From contig DF237102.1 in assembly GCA_000708835.1 (NCBI GenBank), positions 106,153 to 170,152 of the forward strand: 64,000 nt of DNA. Direction: 5' to 3'. The notes under the pieces are model-generated. The model saw only the letters and a list, made by a program, of their open reading frames with translations. It ran no database searches and was not told the origin of the DNA. This DNA comes from Klebsormidium nitens (taxonomy: Eukaryota; Plantae; Klebsormidiophyceae). Shown piece after piece: positions 59,701 through 64,000 of this stretch. Every line of letters begins with the position of its first letter. Positions within the stretch are counted from its first letter, which is position 1. Both the position numbers and the translations under genes were made by a program.

Positions 59701-60456
59701 GCTGCTCGGGAGGTCCAATGGCTCGAAGCCACGTGGCTGGCGGTCATTGGACTCCGGGGCTCCCAGGGCAAACGTCAGCGCGACGTTGGACAATTCAAGT
59801 TCGGCGCTCCCCCCCCGGAGGTTAAGGCAGCGCGGGGGGTTGTCGGCACCCCCCTGGGACGGAATGGGGTCCGCGGTACTCCTCTGAAGCGGAGATGGAA
59901 CCGGTGCGTTTGTCGGCCGCTCGGTCGGCTGATCCGGGTTAGACGGATTCGGGTTTGGCGGACCTTGGTTTGGCTGGCCTGAGGAAGGCTGACCGGTGCT
60001 TGGCTGATCAAAGGCGGGCTGATCCGGGTTAAGCAGACCGGAATTTGATTCATCCGAACTTGGCAGGTCGGGGTTTGGGAACGGCTGACCAGCAATAGGC
60101 TGACCAACGAGTGGTTGACCACCGGTTAACTGATCAAGGTTTGACGGATTGGGCGTTGGTTGAACGGGGTTAGGCTGACCGGCGCTGGAGGGGTATGGGT
60201 CGTCCGTAGGCAGGTCGGGGAGGACTTCGGACGGGTCTTGCTGCGACAAGACGTCCGATTTGGAGCCGATAGAGTCGTTCCGTCCGAAGCAGTTGCCTCC
60301 GCCGAACATGCGGGGCACACCAGCAACGAACACCCCACCGCTGCACGCAAAATATCGAGTGTAAACAATCTCGCACTTCTTCTCTAGGAGGATGCTTTCG
60401 CGGGTCGGAAAAGTACGGGCGCAGCGAACGTACGTGCTTATTAGACGGCCATGCAT
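53734..60456 (-). CDS. F-box/kelch-repeat protein with a long Pro/Gln/Ser-rich N-terminus
   Basis: Phase-consistent exons 60456?-59207, 58739-58502 (F-box LPGLPDDLAMLCVARVPR), 57950-57779, 57166-56859, 56033-55869, 55009-54885 and 54025-53734. Kelch signatures: VVGG, VYDPVKNRWSWAGDMNIARRSFA, VYVAGG, VYDPSTNRWTMLPSMSVARYGCAG, LYMLGG. AATAAA on the minus strand near 53655-53660. Confidence 0.93.
54161..54194 (-). repeat. Perfect 34-bp copy of the acceptor and start of the last kelch exon
   Basis: ggagttggtcgcctcgcggtagcacttgatcctg occurs at 53995-54028 (working) and 54161-54194 (intronic). Confidence 0.95.
57317..57700 (-). repeat. Tandem ~165-180-bp copies of the acceptor and start of kelch exon 57166-56859
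   Basis: ACAG|GTCCCC..CC..GTGCGGACCGCCA starts at 57345 and 57508 versus working 57166; partial copy at ~57665-57690. The intronic parts of the units are also similar to each other. Confidence 0.92.
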
Positions 60457-61276
60457 GATGCCGCGCGGACTCCGCCACTGTAAGGCAGAACGGAGGTGTG
60501 GAAAGGCTCCTTAGCTTTGTGGATGAGATCGGCACCCAATCTAGTTTTGAAAAAGAGAGTGGACGAGAAACGGCAAGAGACCTGACCGATGCACCACCAT
60601 GATCCGACTTGATCAAAGTGTATGCTCAGGACTCTGGCAGTCATTGCATGCAGTAGTAGTAGATGCCGTACGCTACTGGAACAGGTAGTACTGAACACCT
60701 AATACCCCAGAAAGCCCAAATCCTCAAAACCCGCCACCCCTAAACCCTAGCTTGGTAATCTGCCTTGCAAAGAACAAGTTAGGGACGGGTTCTTTGCTGC
60801 AAACAGAACCGAAAAAAAACGCTCGGTGGCTTGCAGACGGCAGGGGACCCTGTGTCTGGATACCGAAAGCTCACTCCATAGTGAAGGTGGACGAGGTCGC
60901 AAAAGCTCAGCAAAAAAACCTGTGCCCGAAATGGAACCAGAAGCTCCCCACCTAATGCTAGCAAGATCTAGCCGTTTTATCTTCGAAATGATTTGAGAAC
61001 AGCACTCCATGCTTAAAGAGGCATTTCCGGATCCATGCTTGCTCAAAAGGACTTGATTAACAACGCATCTCGTTTCCAAACTGAAGGACTTGATAACATA
61101 CTATGCCGCCAAAAGGCGGAGTATGACTGAACAAGGCAGAACAAGAGAAAGCGAGGACAAGCGGCGCACAAGACAAGCAACCAAAACAGCCTGCTCCTCT
61201 CACCTGAATATGGCTCTCAAACACGTAGTGCATACTCTAGTCGCTTTTTCAACAGGGACTGGAACACCCTTCTTAC

Positions 61277-61657
61277 CTAGGAGTCCTGTCCCCATGCTCC
61301 AGTCCCTGCTGCGTGCTCGGTTTGCCCTTCCCAGAATTCGCTCTCAGGAACCGCCTTACGTGGCGATCGCAGACCTGCTCAAAGCTCTCGGACGGATCGG
61401 ACTGTCCCGAATCTCCATCGGACGATCCCGTCGTGCCGTCCACCTCCCCATCGAGGACCATTGGCACTGGCATGACGCTGCCACTGACGTCAGCGGTGCT
61501 GTCGCGCATGTCGTCGCGCGGGCGCTTGAGGGCCTTTTTCGGGTTGCGCGGGGTGGATGATATTGGCAGATCAGGATCGAGCGTCAGGTTCTCCATTCTG
61601 GGGGGTTGTTCTTGAGAGGCGAAGGCTTGGGGTGGTGAGGATAGCTGGCGGGGAGCT
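61277..61657 (-). CDS. Probable internal exon of a hypothetical low-complexity protein
   Basis: Open frame between a CAG acceptor (61658) and a GTAAG donor (61276): ...MENLTLDPDLPISSTPRNPKKALKRPRDD...; no domain recognised and the rest of the gene is unresolved. Confidence 0.35.
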
Positions 61658-63869
61658 CTGCATGACCGAGCACAGATCTGATTCAGGAACTAGTGTGCAC
61701 AATTATCACCAGCTACCTCGAAAACTATAATCACCACTCATACCAGATACTATCTTTGCCTGTTGTTTGACATTCAAGTAAGGAGAATTTGATGCTTGCT
61801 TCCGCATGGTTGTAGGCCCACTCTGATTGAGACTGATCAGACTCATGCATAAGACTCTCTTGCTACACTGAATCTCAAAGAATTTGCATAAAGTATTTCC
61901 AATGGCCAGAAATACAATCAGTGAACTCGTTAACATGAAGATAAGAGCCTGCGCAGATGATAAGCTGATGATAGGCTGAGCTCAGGAATGAGGGTCCTCC
62001 GGAAGGGAATTAGTGATGGTATTGCCAACAGAATAGACAGCCTGAGCTGATGAAAGCCGAGCTCAGGAAAGACCTCCTTCACTCTTTCTGTTTACCAAAT
62101 TTGTCACAGCAAGACATAAGTTGAGGAGAGTTACAGAATATCCTAACACCTGGAGGGACCAGAATCCTTCGGCAGCCGCAGAGGAGAGAAAAGTGGCAGA
62201 AGCATTGTAAGGGAAGCTTCACGATGACGGTCATGATGCACAAGGTTTAGTTGCCAATTAGAGCAATGCACCACTTTTGAAATGCCATGCAACACAGGCA
62301 GGCCACACACTGATGATTTGAAGGGATTTCCAACACTTTGATAACTGCCTTGCGACTATCTGCGCTCCAACTCCTTTCCCACACATGACACCTGTCACTG
62401 ATTGTGTGAACCTCGTGGATGGAGATTGGCTCCTCAATGCTGCCAATAAGTGGGAATTATGAAATGTCCAGCTATTCAACACAAGCACAAATGCCAGCTG
62501 AGACACAATCCTGGAGGAGAAGCAATTGGCAGCATTGCTTAGCTGTCCAGACACCAAAAGTGTGTAACGGCCTTTGTGCACAATGCAACACTGCAACTTT
62601 TTGGACAAGACAATCTCAAGTACACAGATCCAACACATGACAAGACCCGCCACTTCTGAAACCTCTCTATCTGCTAAAAGTTAACTCACCTTTTGTGATG
62701 ATAACTGTTTTTCGCAAGTCTCCAGATGCAGGATCCACTTGCCTTCCTGGTGGTTCTCGCTCGGAACAGACACAGTCGCGACCCCCGATTACAACTCGGG
62801 CTTGCAACCGCTCCTACCACATCACCCTCAAGACATACTGCATCTCTGTACCAGACCGCCTGCATCCCCCATTGCCGGCCCGCCTTTTGTGTCCAATGCC
62901 ACAGGGAAGGAGAAGCCTCTAGCCCTGGCTACGCAACCACCGTAAGCTGCATGTTTATCCGTCCTCCCTAGTCAATGTCGGCCGCCGCGCAGGATTGTTC
63001 TCCAAATCAGAGGATCCGCAAAGATTGCCACTTCACCACATTTGGCACAGCCGCCATTCTCACACGTATGCCGCCCTCCAAGCTGCACAAGGAAATCCTG
63101 GGATTTTGATGTGACACCTGCACTCCTTTTGCCCTGCTCGGCTGCGGATCCAATTTGCCAAGTGGCCGCTCGAGAAGGGAAAGGGGGAAGGAAATGGCTA
63201 CGTAAAGAGTAATTTTACATGCAAGGCGACAGGTGGCGGCATTGAAAGTGCTTGTGCTTACGGAAAGGCACTTTGGCGGAAGATATTTCGCTTTTCGGCC
63301 AGGATATTTTGCTTTTGGCCGCGCACGCAATCAACATGCTCTCCGCCGTCGTGCCACTTTTCAATGTGACGATTTGCCACGTCAAAATATCGGAAAGGTT
63401 ATGACAGATGGCATGATCTGAGTAACTATCCTAGCTCAGAAACCTCGCGATGATTGATTAGCTCGGCCGCGGCCCGCCCGATTGTACGGCCAAAGCAAGC
63501 CATCTGGAGCAATTCGAGCCGTTGGATGCGATATGGCGTGCGTACCGTAGGCAGGAAGGACCGTTCAATCGTTGGACGAGCGGAGCGGGCAGGCACCTGT
63601 GACCTGAGGCGTGGACTCTGGACGAAGTTACTGTTACAGGCTGGTCCAAAGCTGGCAAAGGTTCAACGGTTCAACGGTCACCACCGGTACTCTTTAGCTT
63701 CAAGTTTGGTTGAGTTTCACAAGGTAGATGAGAGATTCTGAAAAAGTTTATTAAGTACAGACTTCCTTGTGGAATCGTAGATACCGTTTCTTAATCATCT
63801 CCTGGGAGAGGCCAGGTTGGCACACCAGAGAAGGAACCAGAACCGGACCCGCCCGATCTCCCGGACTTG

Positions 63870-64000
63870 ATGTCCGCGGACGATGAGGATGATGAGAAGA
63901 CAGATTGGGGCTTGGGGGGGCGAGATGATCTTACGCCTGAGCAAAAACAGGCTCTGGAGGACTTGCTGGACGAGTTTCTCATTCGCTTGGAGGAGCTCTT
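63870..64000 (+). CDS. Partial ORF running off the window end
   Basis: ATG at 63870: MSADDEDDEKTDWGLGGRDDLTPEQKQALEDLLDEFLIRLEEL..., open to position 64000; a possible 5'-UTR intron lies at ~63724-63780. Confidence 0.4.
   Translation, partial: MSADDEDDEKTDWGLGGRDDLTPEQKQALEDLLDEFLIRLEEL

Overview
Intron-rich eukaryotic DNA with plant-type gene families, most likely a streptophyte green alga such as Klebsormidium (inference from gene content, TTTAGGG-like motifs and intron style; no database search was possible). Genes reconstructed by hand from splice sites and reading phase: MSH6 (+, 1089-13687); an LRR-Roc-COR ROCO GTPase (-, 15307-~21071) with an apparent 1-nt frameshift just before its G4 motif; a plant-type DENN protein (-, 23006-33502); a divergent TRM5-like tRNA methyltransferase with a very long N-terminal extension (-, 37317-45643); an 8-exon Crinkler-like REase-fold + kinase gene (+, 46707-51768); and an F-box/kelch protein (-, 53734-60456). 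Three low-confidence coding fragments are also listed. The main unexplained structure is pervasive 'splice-junction echoes'. Many introns of MSH6, DENN, TRM5 and the kelch gene, on both strands, hold one to six decayed tandem copies (typically 130-180 bp apart) of the neighbouring exon end plus its splice site, often more decayed with distance from the working exon. Also seen: strong over-representation of the palindrome TGACGTCA in introns and coding sequence, a back-to-back TTAA-flanked 24-bp inverted repeat resembling piggyBac termini, and telomere-like intronic tracts. No rRNA, tRNA or CRISPR array was recognised.
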